DNA from: Eledone cirrhosa
Taxonomy: Eukaryota
Assembly (NCBI GenBank): GCA_964016885.1
Contig: OZ024741.1
Coordinates: 144,646,001 to 144,710,000, forward strand
Direction of reading: 5' to 3'
DNA length: 64,000 bases
The position numbers were made by a program, and so were the translations under genes. Shown one piece after another: positions 25,977 through 40,170 of the stretch (position 1 is its first letter; the number at the start of each line of letters is the position of its first letter). The notes below the pieces were generated by a model. It had not been told where the DNA came from, did not search any database, and worked only from the letters and a program-made list of their open reading frames with translations.

Positions 25977-27719
25977 ATAATATTGAGAAATAATGAACTG
26001 TCAGTTATCAAGTGAAACGTTATTGCCAAAGGCATTGTTGTAATTATAAAGACGTGCAGTTGCTTAATTAGTGTAGGCTAATAGTAAAGGTTGGTGTTAA
26101 GATATTATCTTGATTATTGGAACACATGCAAACTAATTGTGCATGCACTTAAAATTTGTCACACGCCGTTTAGTTTGGGTTTGATAATACAGATCGTGGT
26201 GTATGTGATAAGGAGAAATACTCCGCTTATCTTCTCATCAATTGATTAACATTCAATTGATTAGAAGAATATCACAAACTATCTCTGGTGTAAGATTTCA
26301 AGTTAAGCATTAGAGTACTGTAAACTGAAGTGAAATGAGCCTCGATCAGTTTTCATGAGGAGTATTCCAGTTGTTTGATCAATGAGAGAAACAGCTCATG
26401 AAATTAATAGCAAGTGGCTGAGCAGGGGGCTAAAAGTCTAGAATTTACAATCAGTAGAATAGAATGGACTACCATTAGTTTCCATGGTGAATGTTCTACT
26501 GTTTAATTAATGGAACAGCCTACTCTTGGAATTAATATGTAAGTGGCTGGGCACTTCACAGAGACATATATCTTTAATGTAGTTCTCAAAGCAATTCAGC
26601 ACGACACATTGTGTATCAAAGCTAGACTCTTGAATTATATTCCATCTCATGGACTTCCATGCAGTTTTTGTTTATCCAATTTCCCCCACAAGGTTTGGGT
26701 AGATCCAAGTCTCTGGTAAAATACTCTTGTCGAAGATGCCATGCAGTGAGATTGAAACTGTGACCTTATGATTGCAAAGCAAACTCTATTCAGCCATGCT
26801 GTGTTAGATCATCCTTGACTCATAAAGGTGTGGTAAATATTGGGATCCTTGCTAAAATGTTTAATATTCAGCCTTAATCAGATGATAGAATTCTTAAGGC
26901 AATGGATAGCATATCTTGTGGTATTTGTTCCAGTGTTCTGCACTCTCAGTGCAAATTCAACAAAGTGTGTGATGAGAAATTCTGCATAGCACCTTGGATA
27001 AGTATCTTCTATTTTAGTCACAAGCACAACAATATCTCATGAGTGAATTTGGTAGGCAGAAACTGTAAAGAAGACTGTTCAAATCTTGCTGAAGTCAACT
27101 TTGGTTTCCATGCATTGTGTGTTGATAAAATAAAGTACTAATCCAGGGCAGTGGATTTAGAGAATTGTTAGAGAGTCAGAGAAGATGCCTTGCAGAATCT
27201 GATTCAGACTTTTCATTCTGAGTCAAAATTCTGTCCAAGGATCAAAATGTCACCAATGACTAGAGTTAACTAACTGACAACAAGACCATAACTGATTATA
27301 TAAGCTGAAATGGGTGGAGAAGGAATGTGGTCAGCTACTACTGCAGTCAAATTATGCTGATAATATTTAGGAAATATGTATGAAAGATTTTATTTAATAC
27401 CTTACCAAAATTTGAGCATACAAGCAAGATATAGTCCCCTGACCAGTCTAGTCTCAATACATTACAGTCCATTGAATGCATGCAATCATGGAAACAAGAC
27501 ATTAAATAATGATGATGATAATATATATATATATATATAAATGATGAAAGATAAGCAACACTAGCAGAAATGCAATCTCTAAGACCTATGCTAGAGTCGG
27601 CTTTGAAACCTTAGGTAGCATGCAGCTGTGTTGAGATTTGAGATTGTATGTATAATAATATACTTTAACTCTAATACATAGCGCTACTTTTCCTTTATCT
27701 AGTCTACATAAACTCTCAA

Positions 27720-27769
<50 letters not shown>

Positions 27770-28849
27770 CTTGGATCAGCTAGGTTATTTCCCAATCTGT
27801 TGCCTGGGCCTCTGCTGCATAGGAGTTCTCTCTCCTGATCCTATTGGCTCTTGCCTGATTACCAGAAACTAGTTACTTAATATAATCTTTATAAGCGAAA
27901 ATAAAACAACTGAAGAACAGAAGGAAATAAGAGTATTTTCATTATGATATTATTTTTAACTAACACCCACATCTGAAAAATACTTTTACATTCAACTTTA
28001 TATCAAACAATGGTAATCTATTTGATCACAGAGCTGTTTTATATGAACATAGTCAACAGTCTAGTGTTTTTCTATTCAATGTTGTTTAATTTCACGCTAT
28101 TTTAAATACTCTGCTGCATATTTAGGACTGTCTATTTATATATGATGTATTTCCAATAAAATATCTACACAAAAAAGAACAATAACTGGAACAAAAAAAA
28201 ATCACAAGTTCCAAAAGAATAAAAAGAGTTAACAAAACATTACATGTGCAAGGAGGGGAGGAGAGAACAAAAAATTACTTTGATATGAATATTTGATAAA
28301 TGGCAGAAATAAGCCTCCACAACAATTTACAACAACAAAAAATAATAATAAATAATAATAATATAATAAAAATTGATCTGTGAAGGAAATATTTTATTGA
28401 GTATTGGTTCAGAAGTTTTGGCACCACCAATTTGACAACTATATGGACAAGTATGACAGACACACTGAAGTAACTTCTACTAAGTGAGATATGTTTTGCC
28501 TTGTATTAACTTTGTTGAAATAACAGGAACCTGCATTTTTGGATTTATTTCTGCAGCATCATTAATGCTTAACATACTGTAATGCATGAAACCACATTAG
28601 CAAGATATTCTTAAAAACTATAAAACAGCATTCTGATTGCATTTCATAAAAATAAACCATTTATCCTAATACTGCACATTTTGACAATGATCAGTCCAAT
28701 AGCAAATATACTATAAACATTTGAATTTATAATGTTTGATAGTTTACTTGTTAGAAAATGGAATAGCCAATTGGTTATGAATACGAAGACATACCTAGAG
28801 AATAATGCATTACACAATATAAGTTAGTTATTAATGACTTTAGAATAAG

Positions 28850-30032
28850 CACAAGATGGAACAAGAATGCAGGAAACGCTGGAGGAGGAGAGAGTATGGA
28901 GTCTGAAGGACCTCCATTTAATTATAAGTTCAGAAAATCCTGATGTGATACATAGGGGAAAAGGGAGGAAGAGTTAGGCTACATATGACATAGAAGGCAA
29001 TTGGAAGTCCCTACAAGACAACATGCTACTGATGAGACCTGTGGCTGTAGCAAGGCACTAACAAGAGAAAAGGGAACCTGGTGGTGAAACAGCACTATGG
29101 ATAGAGCTGTTAAAGCCAAGAGATCGACCTGGAAAGACTGGAAAAACGAAGGTATCAAAAATCAGTATCTGGTAACTAAAAGAGAATCTAGATGACAAGT
29201 ATACTTAGCATGCAAAGAAGCTGAAAGCAGGCAGTTTGCCAGTTTTGCGACGTGAGCTATTCCACATCACAAAGCAGTGTGTCAGAGAAAACTAGAATGT
29301 TGTTGGAGAAACGTGTATCCAAAATGTCACTGGTGCACTTAGCATCATTGACATTCAAAAGTAGCCTTGGTCAATATGTAGTAAAGGAGTAGGTAGAAAC
29401 TCTATACAATGTATGCAATGCAAATATTGGGTATATAAGAAGTGTAGTGAGATAGCAGGCAGACTAACAGAAAACATAAATCTTTTTATTTAGTAGATGT
29501 ACAAGGGTAGTTAGTTGTAAGAGCATCAGTGATGCAAACTTTTTCCAATCCCAGAAAGGATCCATAGAAGTGGTTGATAGCATCTGCTGTCTAAGTGATC
29601 TAATTTGCAGTGGAGGAGGCTGCACTGAGAGAATAGTATTTAGAATTGGAACAGGATGAAAAAAGTTCAGGAAGTTACTACCTCTATTGATAATATAAGG
29701 TTTTTCTCTATGAACGAAAGACTGGCTATATGATCCTTATGTGCAAATCACAATGTTGCATGGTAGTGAGACATTTGCAGTGACTGCAGAGGATATGAAA
29801 AGGCTGAAAAGAAATGAAGTGAGCATGTTTTGATGGATGTACAATGTGAATGCATGTGAATGACAAAATATGGATGAACTGAGATATAAGAGGGATCAGA
29901 TGTTGTGTGCACGAGAGAAGACTCTGCTAGTATGGACATGTGATGCATATGGATGATGACCATTGGGTTAAGAAGTGCCATCAAATCCCAGTGCAAGCAT
30001 GGAAAAGCCTATGTAAAATAATGATGATGATG
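28850..30032 (+). mobile_element. Old, degraded RTE LINE
   Basis: Recognisable remnants tgtagtaaaggagtaggtagaaactct (PHD finger), atgttgcatggtagtgagac and agaagactc..tatggacatgtgatg; (GAT)n end. Confidence 0.8.
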
Positions 30033-31496
30033 GCTTTATATATATTCTGCTAAATCAATACAGGATATTAAAAGCTAATAATATCTGTTAATTTCTTCTT
30101 AACCACAAAGTCACACATGCATCAATATATATATATGTAGCTATGTGAATGGCTATGTGGTTAAGGAGCTTATTTTACAACCACATGGTTCTGGGTTCAG
30201 ACTCTCTGTATGGCACTTTGGGCAAGTGTATTATACTATGGCTTTGGGCTGACTAATACTTTATGAGTGACATTTGGGAGACAGAAACTGCAGAAAGCAA
30301 TTGTGCGTGTGCATATGTATACATAAAAACACACACACACACAGACACATATATATACATATAGTCAGCCGTTTTTTGAACCTCAAAATTGCTGACTGAA
30401 TACACACGTTTTTCTGGAAAATTATTTTTCCCTTCCTTCCACTTTTCACTCTCCATCTTTTATTTCTCATTTCATCTTCTATCCATCTGTGTCTCACCAA
30501 ATATATACAAAAACAGGTTTTGGCAATACAGATGCAGTAAATCTTTGAATTGCCAAGGCCTACTTTATAAGGCAATTCAACTAAACTTTCCAGCAGTTAG
30601 AGCTCAGAGTGAAAAGAGAACTATTTTTGCAAGAATAAGGAGATATTATCAGTTATGGCTGTGTTCAATGTGTTGAGTAACAAAACTAGATGTTCTATGG
30701 GAAAATTTATCCCATAGTACTCAACTGATTATGCTAACTTACTGACTTACCCAAAATTAGAAAAAGGACAGTTAGCTTTTAATATAGGCATAAGGAAATG
30801 TATGTTTTGATGGGGAGGTTGTATAGATAATTAAACTGATCCCATTTCTTCTCTGGCACCTATTTTACTAAGGCTTGGAGGATATAAGACAAGATTGCTC
30901 CTGGTAGTAAAATTTGAAATGAGAACACAAAGTGGTGTAAATAATTACTGTGTGGCTTTTTGTCAGCCACTCGTATGATTCTGTCAATTATCCACCCCCA
31001 TTTGAATTAATAATATTGATTTCTAGTAGGAAAAAAGAAAAAAAACATTTTAGAGGATTAGAATTCAATTCATTGTAGTGACTGCAGTACTTGACTAGCA
31101 CCTCTAGACTAAGGAAGGCAATGTTGGCCTTGGCCAGATTCCAATTCTAAATATAAAGGGATGGAAATAAATAGCACTTAGAATTCTGTTCAACATTCTA
31201 CCTATACTGCCAATTTACTCTAAATTCTATGTCTGTTTTTCCATAATGGCATGGGTTGAACAGATCGTTACAGAACAAGTCAATACTAAATCGAAGCTAC
31301 TGTCATCCTAGATGAGTCAGAGAACCATGTCTTGCTCATTTTGTTTTAGCATTGTTTCTACAGTTGGATATCATTCTTAGTGTCAACCATTTTATATGAA
31401 AGTAGGATTATTTAAGTATCTTTCATTAAGAATTCTTTGCTCTCAGCTGGTTTAATATCATGGATCACACTATTGTTACCCATGAGTAACTACATG

Positions 31497-32030
31497 CAGT
31501 GGCAGACTGGCCAGGCTGTCAGGTTCCCTGATAGAAAGTGGGCCCCTGGAGGCCCATTGTAGTACTTTAGGAGCCCATGCAAAAACTTTGCTTTCAAAAA
31601 AAATATTTAAAACCTTTGAGAAAGAATAAAAATTAAAAAAACAAACAAATAAAACGATTAAACAAAGCAGTTGGTCAAACAATTCCCTAGGGAATTAATA
31701 AAAATCCAAATATATGATTTTGGAGATAGCCAGAGTCAGTGGTTACACACACGTATATACACATACATATTCACACACACTCATACATATACACACATAC
31801 AGATGTACGCATAAATACACACTACACACACATATATATATATACACATGTGTGTGTATTGTGTATCCTGGGTTCAATCAGGGGGTAACCACAGTATGAT
31901 TTCCATCGAATGAAACAGTTCTAGTCCCGTAGAAGCCATTTCTATATTAAATATATATATATATCTTCTTCCTTTTCTTGCTCATACTTGCCAAGGCCAG
32001 GGTCTCCTAAGTCAGTGATCCAAAAAGCAT

Positions 32031-32100
<70 letters not shown>

Positions 32101-33704
32101 TAATATATACTCCCGTAAGGTTGAGTAAAACTTTAGGCAGTATTCGGCTGCGCTTTCTAGCAACCAGCCTACTCGCCGACAGGCACCAATCTCAAATTTT
32201 CTGCCTTGACCGCTAGCCACGTGATAGTTCTTAGCCATTTTGAATTCATTTCTCGTGGGGATCATGGTGGAAAAAACTTAGTCCAGTCTGAGGTATCTCC
32301 TGAAGAGTTCCAAGCCTCGTGGATAGATCCAAGATCAGGTATATCCAAAAAGCGGAACGAAACTGCCGGTTGGTCGGGACTAGAGGAATTTTGGTAAAGT
32401 TTATGTGCATTTTTTCTTCAAACTTCTATTTTGTACCTAACTCTGTGTAGTTGATTATTTGTCTAGTCAATTTCTACAGGCTAAAAGAAATAATTAGATA
32501 AATGTCATATGACTGTACATTGCGGAAGATAGTCTGTATCATTTGTCTATTATTTCTTCATAATTACATTTTAAACTTATAGCCTCGTTTAATTGATTTT
32601 TTATGTGGTTAATTTATGTGGACTAGGTGAGGAAATACTGTATATATTTTATCTAATAGTTCTTCAGTCTTGCAATTTTATATATATATATATATACACA
32701 CACACATATAAATGTATATAAACACTTGTACATGCACCCACATATATATATATATTGAGTGAGTGTGAAAAGCTGAAACTTGTTACTACTATTCTGTGGA
32801 TGTGTATATATGGTCTTTATTGGAGAAGGTAAGAAATTCTTAATATTTTCAATTCCTCTGATCCTCTCTTTGATTTTAGAGTAAATGTGTTTAACCTTGC
32901 AATGAATTGCATTGTCCAGTCACATGAATCACACTTTGTGCAACACACACAGTTGTATAAAGATTTATCCATAAAACTGGTAAGAGCAGAGATAAAAGAA
33001 TAATAGAAGAAGTAGAATATTAAAAGTAGAAGAAATCAAAACCGTGTAAATTTATTCTATATTTTTAGATGGGCTGGAGTAATCGAATTCGTGGTGATAG
33101 AATTCTTTGCAAATGTATGTTTAATAAAACAAAACAAAACAAACAATATGATATGTACAAGTTGTTTGAAAGAAATCTCCTTTGTAAAGAGCAAACAGAC
33201 ACATGATATATATGTATGAAGATGTGGTATTAAATGCAATGCCATGATTTTCATAACTATCACTTTGACAGTAAAAAGTCTTCATTAAAAATATTGAAAT
33301 TGATTTTTTAGAATTTTGGACTATATTTTCATTTTGGTAAACAATTTTCAAAGCAACAGTATACTTCCAAAATAACAGTATGCTATTCATTCACAAAAAT
33401 ATTTATTTAAAAATTCAAATATAACATTCTGTATTTACATTTGGTATTACTGTATACTGCCAGTAATATGTACAGACTGTACATATTACTGGCAATATGT
33501 ACTGTACAGTATATATAGACATTTTTTTTTCACGGAAATTTTAATAGCATGTTTTTGTTTTCACTTATGTACTTTTTGAAAAAGTACATAAGAGGAAACA
33601 AAAACATGCAATTAAAATTTTATTTATTCATTATAAAAATTAAATGAATGCTTTGTAGTTGTGAGTGGGACACCTTTGTGTCATGGCAACCCAGTCTGCC
33701 ACTG
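31497..33704. mobile_element. Non-autonomous hAT-type DNA transposon
   Basis: Perfect 14-bp TIR CAGTGGCAGACTGG / CCAGTCTGCCACTG and perfect 8-bp TSD ACTACATG (31489-31496, 33705-33712). Confidence 0.9.
32296..32379 (+). ncRNA. Type-I hammerhead ribozyme motif
   Basis: tctc CTGAAGA gttcc..(long loop)..ggaac GAAA ctgccggttgg TC ggga; GUC cleavage triplet. Confidence 0.7.
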
Positions 33705-35151
33705 ACTACATGTGTGTACATGGTGGAGCTCTCATCTTTTCCATGAGAGATGATATACATTGGTGAGATTTGAACTCAGAATATAGCAAAGCATCCTCAT
33801 TAGCACTTAAATGAGCCTGTTAGTTCACTCTTTAACCTTTTTGATACCAACTCAGCCAAAACTGGCTCAAACTATATGAAACAAAACCACCCATTTAAAA
33901 GGGTTCCTATTTATATTAAAATATGCCAGCATAATTTTATATAAAAACCATATGTTTAGTAATGTAATTATAAATTTTGTAAATCCTTCAAAATTCTCCA
34001 TTAATTAATTGAAATAGAGTGTATTTCTGCAGAAATATGGTTATGAAAGGGCTAAACTAGAACTTTACCAACCTCAAAATGATGAAAGGCAAAATTGACA
34101 ATGGCAGGATTTGAGCTCAGAATGCAGAGAGCTTGAATAAATACTACAAGCCATTTCATTCTCCACTGCAATAGTTCCACAAAAATCAAAAGTAACATTT
34201 GACCCGACATTAAGGAAAAAGTTCATGAATATAAACAGAAAAAAATTTCTATTTACATTAAAGCAGTGCCCAAACAAGGTCACAGCCAACTGGTGAAACT
34301 ACATAAGAGAGTTTATAAATGTGGTCAGTGTTTGAATCTATTTTGTTCTATCTCTGACATCAATATTGGAAAGAAATTCTGATGCTATGTATTTCAATGT
34401 CTAAGCATATTTCTATAAGCTTATTTTTTCGAGGAATGATTTCATTTTTCATATCAACATATATTTATTGCAATTCAATTTCCTTGTCTATGATTTAGTC
34501 TTTCATATTATCTATAGTTCACCCAGTGTACCAAATGACTTGCTAAAAAATAAGAAACAATATTTTATTGGGCTCAGTAAGTATTCTATATATATATATT
34601 TTTTAATTTAACTGTTTTCTATTTTTTTGTTAGCAAGTTATTTGTTGACTTTCTAGCTTTATTAGACTCTGAGATAGTCAAAGGGTTAATGGAAAAAATA
34701 AACAAAATGAACACAGTGGCAACTAGTGAAAACTCAAATGTTAACTATGGCAATATTATGATTTACAGCTGCTGTAGGTCTCAGATCATAGATGTGCACC
34801 TGGAAAGTTACTCTTCAAGGTGCAGAACACTGATGTTGAAACCACGTGATCTGGGTACATATAACAATATTTTAAACATTTTTTAATTAATTGTTCATTA
34901 TTTGGTTGATATTAATTTTATTAATTTTGTTGATAACCTCAATGGCTTTCTTCAATTATTGCCATCCCACTACTAAATCTGAATGAGTATGCTCTGGTTC
35001 AGAAATATATTTCAGTTATCATTGAGCAAATTAGTGGGTTGCATGGTTTTTCACTGCCTCAGATGCCCAAAGCATCGAGTGATAGTGTGATTTAATAAAA
35101 TATATTGGTATATATATATATAAATACACACACACACACACATTATATATA

Positions 35152-35305
35152 GGGCGGTTGATTGGCAGTATCGGTAGAGGGTCGGACGCCATGCTTTGCA
35201 ACATAGAGTTACGGCCCTTTATGATCTGAGTTCAAATCCCGCCGAGGTTAACTTTGCCTTTCATCCTTACGGGGTCGATAAAATGAAGTACCAGTAGAAA
35301 CAATT
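35152..35305 (+). mobile_element. SINE family 1
   Basis: ggcagtatcggtagagggtcggacgcc...ggggtcgataaaatgaagtaccag. Confidence 0.85.
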
Positions 35306-35678
35306 ATATATATATATATCTATCTAATCTAATCTAAGGCGGGTAAAATTCCTAATATTCATAAGTTCAGCAGCAAACCTCCTCTTTCTATGCCACCAAT
35401 ATTGTCTGAATGAAAGACAAGTGCCAATATAGCTTGGAACCAGTGATGCTGTGAGAGAACTCAGTATGTAATGTGTTAAAAGAGACCTCACAAAGCATCA
35501 CATCAGATGCTCTAGTAATCCTGCCAATTTACTGTCCTCATTGAAAACAAGAAGTATATTTACATAGCAATAGGACTAGATGTTGATATACCTTATTGAA
35601 ACAACAACAATAAGTATATTTACCTCAACAATACCAGTAAGTGTTGATATACCATATTGAAAAATGAAGTATATTTAC

Positions 35679-35807
35679 CTCAACAATGCCACTGGGTGCA
35701 AAGGAATTGTATGGTGGTACAAGTTTGGATGAATCATCTTCTGCTCTGAGTGATTTTTCAAAGGAACGTGATGTAAACAATGTTTCATTATTGAAGAGGA
35801 GTTGAAT
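35679..35807 (-). CDS. GCPII/NAALADase-like exon B (not in ORF track)
   Basis: Manual translation IQLLFNNETLFTSRSFEKSLRAEDDSSKLVPPYNSFAPSGIVE matches GCPII 'IVPPFSAFSPQG.PE'. Acceptor ccccttag|, donor GAG|gtaaat, 129 nt, phase 0/0. Confidence 0.9.
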
Positions 35808-37108
35808 CTAAGGGGAACAGAAAAATACAACAAAATCATAAAAATATGCAAACAATAATAACAAGAAGTGTTTTAATCCTTTTGATAACAAACCACCTGA
35901 AATTGTGCATGATTTTGTCATTAAAATTGCTTATTTAATGACAAAATTTATCTAAAAACCATCCATCATAATATTTTGTAAGAATCTTTGTTAAATTATA
36001 ATCCAAACAGCTTAATAACAAGAATGTTAGTATTTTATTAAATATTTCCAGATTTTTGTTTATTTTCAATATTAACTGCAAATCATGGCAATGTGTTTCA
36101 ATAGATAAATATGGTAACAGTGTTAAACCCATGTTTCCTCCCCTCTGCTAAAACAGTCCTGTGATAGGATTTATACTAATTATGGGGTCCTTTTTGAGGC
36201 AACATTTTATGGCCAGATGCCCTTCTTATTGCCAACCTTAGTTGCTTCTTAGGATTCCCAGGTATATAATGTGCCTTTTCTAAACTGAATAACTACAGAA
36301 AAATGAAATAAAACAAAATACAAAAGCTCCTCATCATAGTGGTGATAGTGATTGTCATAGCTGTGGTGCATATCATTATGGTGGTCATTGTTATTGTGGT
36401 CAACACAACTACTACCACTGCTACTAACTCATTATCATCATCATCATCATCATCATAATGACATACAAATCACTGATGGAGCCTCAGTATGCTTGCCCTA
36501 CTTGCTAGAAATAGTAAGCAAATCCCCTTCAAATCACCTCTTCCATCTAAAGAAAAGAAAGGATATATTAAATAATGAGGTAGGGTATACTAGGTCTGAA
36601 AAGAAACAAATACAAACAAAATATGGCATGAAAATACTTGGATTACTTTGATCATTGGTCTGCTGAGCCAGATCCAGCCTAGGGCTAAAAAACAACAGCA
36701 ACAATAATAATCATAATAAATATTATGGAAAATTATGAACAGAATCATATAGGTTGAAAGAAGGAGGAGGAGGGCAAAAATATAAGGTTTTTGTACAAAT
36801 AACACTGCCTTTTGGCAATTAGGGTTACTCCCAACCTGGCCACCGAGGAGGATATCTTGGTATTAATAAAAAGATAGAATAACGATTAGCATTAGAAAAG
36901 GGTTCGGGCTGTAAGACTAATGATGATGATGATATACATACACACACACACAGACACACACACAAACACATATATATATATATATTGTTATAATTTGGGA
37001 GGGTCATGCTGCCAATAAAAACACATGCACCTGTTGGTTTTCACTTCAATTTATTATAAATTTATGGTTGGTTTGTTGGTTTGATAACTGGATGGTTCTT
37101 TATATATT

Positions 37109-37151
37109 GTCAAAGCTCTTTCATCACACATTCTGTGACCTCCTCAGTGAC
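37109..37151 (-). ncRNA. Minimal hammerhead ribozyme motif inside an inverted-repeat element (about 36985-37320)
   Basis: Minus strand reads gtca CTGAGGA ggtcac agaatgt gtgat GAAA gagc TT tgac. Confidence 0.7.
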
Positions 37152-37381
37152 TAGGTTTTTATTTTGTGTCTCTCCTTTGTTCTGTCCTACACCATCTTGT
37201 TTTTGTGTATTGTGTGATTAGTTTTCAAACCAACCAACAAGAAATGTATAATAAATTGAAGTGAAAACCAACGGGTCCATGTGTTTTTATTTGCGGCATC
37301 ACCCTCCCAAAGTATAACAGTATCTGTTGCAACACACGTTTTCAGATAAGAAATCTTTTAAAACAAATGCAAAAACAGAAT

Positions 37382-37444
<63 letters not shown>

Positions 37445-37482
37445 AGCAGGGAAAAGCAGGCATAAAATGATGATGATGATGA

Positions 37483-37557
<75 letters not shown>

Positions 37558-37840
37558 CATATATACATATACATATAAATATAAATCAATATATATGATG
37601 AAACACAGATACCAACATATCTTTGTTTATATTGCAAAAGGAATAAAGTTAGCTAGAATGAAATATACTAATAACAATACACTTAATAAAATTGCTCCTT
37701 AGGTTGAGCTGATAGTAGCCCCATATATACGGCTGTTATTTCTAGCAGTACGCGTATGAGGCTAGCTAGAAACTGTAAAACCATGTGCGTTAAACAGTCT
37801 TTTAAAATATTTGGAAGTGAAGCATATCAATTTGTTCTGG

Positions 37841-37905
37841 GTGTTTACTGAAGAGAGCGGGACATGATATCCTTACACTTATTTATCTCGAAACATATTT
37901 GGATT
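37841..37905 (+). ncRNA. Hammerhead core with weak stem I, inside a foldback element (about 37574-38139)
   Basis: CTGAAGA gag...ctc GAAA catat. Flanked by a roughly 95-bp inverted repeat (37574-37670 / 38044-38139). Confidence 0.55.
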
Positions 37906-38223
37906 TTAGAGTTTAAACTTATCTACGGAACAGGTTTGATTTTGAAATTTAAATTTGTCTAAACACCATGGCCATTTGCCAATACTGTTTGTTTGTGTTG
38001 ATTTATTATTTTAAATCGATGTAGGCAGGCTGTAATATTATAATTAGTATATTTCATTCTAGCTAACTTTATTCCTTTTGCAATATAAACAAAGATATGT
38101 TGGTATCTGTGTTTCATCATATATATTGATTTATATTTATTACATGGTTCAGAAATATTCTTTTCTTGGAGCTATTTTCATTGTAAAGGAATGCTTGAGA
38201 TTTGAACTCAATACACTTAATAC

Positions 38224-38269
<46 letters not shown>

Positions 38270-38280
38270 ATATACATATA

Positions 38281-38661
38281 CATGGCTTAGTGGTTAGAGC
38301 ATTGGCCTTGCAATCTAAAGGTTGTGAGTTCAATTCTCAGACCTGGTGATGTGTTGTTTCCTTGAGCAAGACACTTTATTTCACGTTGCTCCAGTTTACT
38401 CAGCTGTAGAAATGAGATGATAGGGACTGGGGTCCCTATCATTCCACTGCAAAGTGGTCGTGGAGGTGCCACAGCAAAAAAAGCACCCAGCCCACACTGT
38501 AAAGTGGACGTGTAGGCGCCACGGCAAAAAAGCACCCAGCACTCATTGTAAATGAGGTTGGTGTTAGGAAGGGCATCCAGCTGTAGAAATCAAGCCAGAA
38601 TCAGTTCCTGTCCCACCCTTGCAAGCAAGGAAAAGTGGACATAAAATGATGATGATGATGA
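38281..38661 (+). mobile_element. SINE family 2 (tRNA head, CORE-like middle, RTE family B-derived tail)
   Basis: A-box tggcttagtgg, B-box gagttcaattc, ccttgagcaagacacttta, then the RTE 3'UTR sequence and (GAT)n. Confidence 0.85.
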
Positions 38662-39189
38662 TATATATATAATAGTCTTTCTATTTCCATGATGGCTACC
38701 TCTCTACTCATTGTTTATCAAGTCTTCTCTGCATTTTATTTAAGGAGTTTTCCTGTCCTATATCAGTATGTATATTTTCCATCTTCTTTCCTAGTTCAAT
38801 TGATTGAAAACACCTTAACCTATACCATTGTAATCTTGTGTCATATCCATTGAATGTTTATCCTGAACAGCTCACTTTCTTTTTTGGCTATCATATTGTT
38901 GCACTTCTCTGTATTCTTCAAGTTTTCTGTGTCGAATATGATAGTCGAATATGTTAATTTCTGATTATATATATATATACACACACACTTACAGTACATG
39001 AGAAGAAAAACATATATTCACACATATACGTAAATACATAGCATACATATAGATGTCTATAAAGTTGTTAATAAATTAGACGTTGTGTTTAAAACCTCAT
39101 AAACAAATCTCTTTCTCTCTCTGTATATATATTTAGAGATATCGACACATACAGTAATAAATTGATAAAGAAATCAGAAAGAAACACAA

Positions 39190-39248
<59 letters not shown>

Positions 39249-40170
39249 CATCATATATATATATATATATATACACACACATATATATATATACACATAC
39301 ATATAGAGGATTATCTAACAGTTCAACTTCTTAGAGTGTAGCTTATTATTTAATTGAATTAGTTGGCAGCGAAAACACTGATATTATTGAAACTGGAGTT
39401 TCTAATTCAGTAATACTACCATGTTTGGTGGCGGTGAAGGAAGCTTATAAAGCCATAAGTTGTGTATTTTTCTGTGAGTAGAGAAGGGTGTATGTAGTCT
39501 CTGATGAGGGCAGAATAAGAGTCAAAACTTAAGAATGTTTACTTTTTTTCATTTCACAGAGAAATACATAAGCCAAAACACGTGTTTATATGCTAGTATA
39601 TTCACCTAGACATTACGCAGCATCTGGTAGCATATTTGTCTCATTACAAAGAAGTCTGTATTGATCGATACAGGGGCAGAAACAGAAACCATCCGTGTCT
39701 TAATTTTTATTTCATTTGTAAAAACATAACAATAAAAATGTAAATTCTGTCTGAACTCTTGATTGAGTTACTATTAATTATTATATCTCTGTAACCTTAC
39801 ATCTGTCAATAGTTTTTTAATTACTTTTACACTTGGATTACACCTTGGATGAAGCACTTCATTCTATCTTTGAATTGTAGAAACACACTGAGCATTAGAC
39901 CTTCTTGGTATATCTCAATCAAGTTTGATCTGTGAACTTATTACTCTTATTTATATGTTTATAAAAACGCCAGCACCAACAAGTTTGCAGGAGATGTCAA
40001 CATGAATGGACCTGTTATTTATCTAAAGACTTTTTTCAAATTCCAACCCGCCCATCCTCTCAATCTATCTTATTTCTCATTCTTTCTTTGTCTGAAATGT
40101 TAAGACCCTCTTCCTGCTATATCAATATATCCCTTCTATATACTGTACCTATTGTGTTGTTATTTCTGTT

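Noticed and set aside
33080-33260. Possible transposase remnant inside the hAT element (MICTSCLKEISFVK)
   Set aside because: Too short and degraded to support a call without an HMM search.
38281-38350. tRNA-like sequences (tggcttagtggttagagcattggccttgcaatc...gagttcaattc)
   Set aside because: They are SINE heads continuing into CORE-like and LINE-derived tails, not stand-alone tRNA genes.
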